Both the position numbers and the translations under genes were made by a program. Under the pieces are notes generated by a model. That model made no database searches. It saw only the letters and a list, made by a program, of their open reading frames with translations, and was not told where the DNA came from. A DNA stretch of 36,912 bases from Octopus bimaculoides (taxonomy: Eukaryota): the NCBI RefSeq assembly GCF_001194135.2, contig NC_068983.1, positions 126,853,961 to 126,890,872 of the forward strand, read 5' to 3'. The number at the start of each line of letters is the position of its first letter. The stretch's first letter is position 1. Positions 36,100 to 36,912 of this stretch are shown here, piece after piece.

Positions 36100-36912
36100 T
36101 ATATATATTGCTTTTTTTCTTGACATTAGTTTTTCCCCTAATCTGCCACTCATTAATACAAATGAATTTTTATTAAATCCCGTAATATTGTCTTTTCTGA
36201 ACAAGCATTCCATTATCTTAACTAAAATACCTGTATGCAGAAACGCATACAATAATTACTATACAAAATATCTTCTTATATATAGTGTGAAGAGCAATAT
36301 CTAACATAACGAACAAAACACTCTGGAAATCAAGATAAATGTATTTGACTACAAAATATAAGCCAAGTCAAACGCGTATAAGAACACATTCAATGCCACC
36401 AGAATTAGTTGTCTATAGAAATGCTGATCACTGACAGTCAAGATTCAAACAACCACAATCTTGTCTTCTACAAGCAAACTGTATTTAGTTTTCTCGCGTA
36501 CTACTTTTCCGGATGAGTAGAAATATAACATAATAGTGGCTGGCAGAATTATTTTCTTTTGTTGCTGATTGACACGCTACTATTGGTTATATAAGTTTGC
36601 AGATAACTGTTCGCATTCATATGTAAACATCGTAAATACACACGAGACAGTGAATGGAGACTACATTGACAGATACAAACACTCACATACACACAGACAA
36701 ACGCACAAACTCGCTCACTTATGTAAAGACAAGGATAAGAGAAAGAGAGATAACTCTAATCCTCTAATCCGAATATATTTATTGTAATTTGTTACTTCAT
36801 TTGAAATTTTATATCCCACACAGCGAATGTACATGAACGTATGTCTATTTCGATGTATCAGTGTAAATTACGATCGAACTCGATAAAGTACCCTGTTATA
36901 TATATATATATA

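Overview
This is AT-rich, microsatellite-dense eukaryotic DNA with five assembly gaps (N runs). It contains no recognisable host protein-coding gene, and no rRNA, tRNA or CRISPR feature. The repeat content resembles an Octopus (coleoid cephalopod) genome; this is inferred from recalled repeat families, not from a database search. The window is mostly decayed mobile DNA: one TIR-complete D34D mariner (1460-2710), two partial irritans-like mariners, a mariner-derived MITE, Penelope-like RT fragments, two stacked Helitron helicase C-termini (one with a canonical hairpin-CTAG 3' end) and about ten tRNA-derived SINEs. The most unusual signal is at 26.0-26.6 kb: two diverged direct repeats, each beginning with a minimal type I hammerhead-ribozyme fold. 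Their stems covary and their predicted cleavage sites are 344 nt apart, a retrozyme-like arrangement. The first copy lies inside a TA-flanked 26-bp inverted repeat. Both catalytic cores deviate from consensus, so they may be inactive relics. Most ORFs in the supplied track are artefacts of microsatellites or N runs; the exceptions are transposon remnants.
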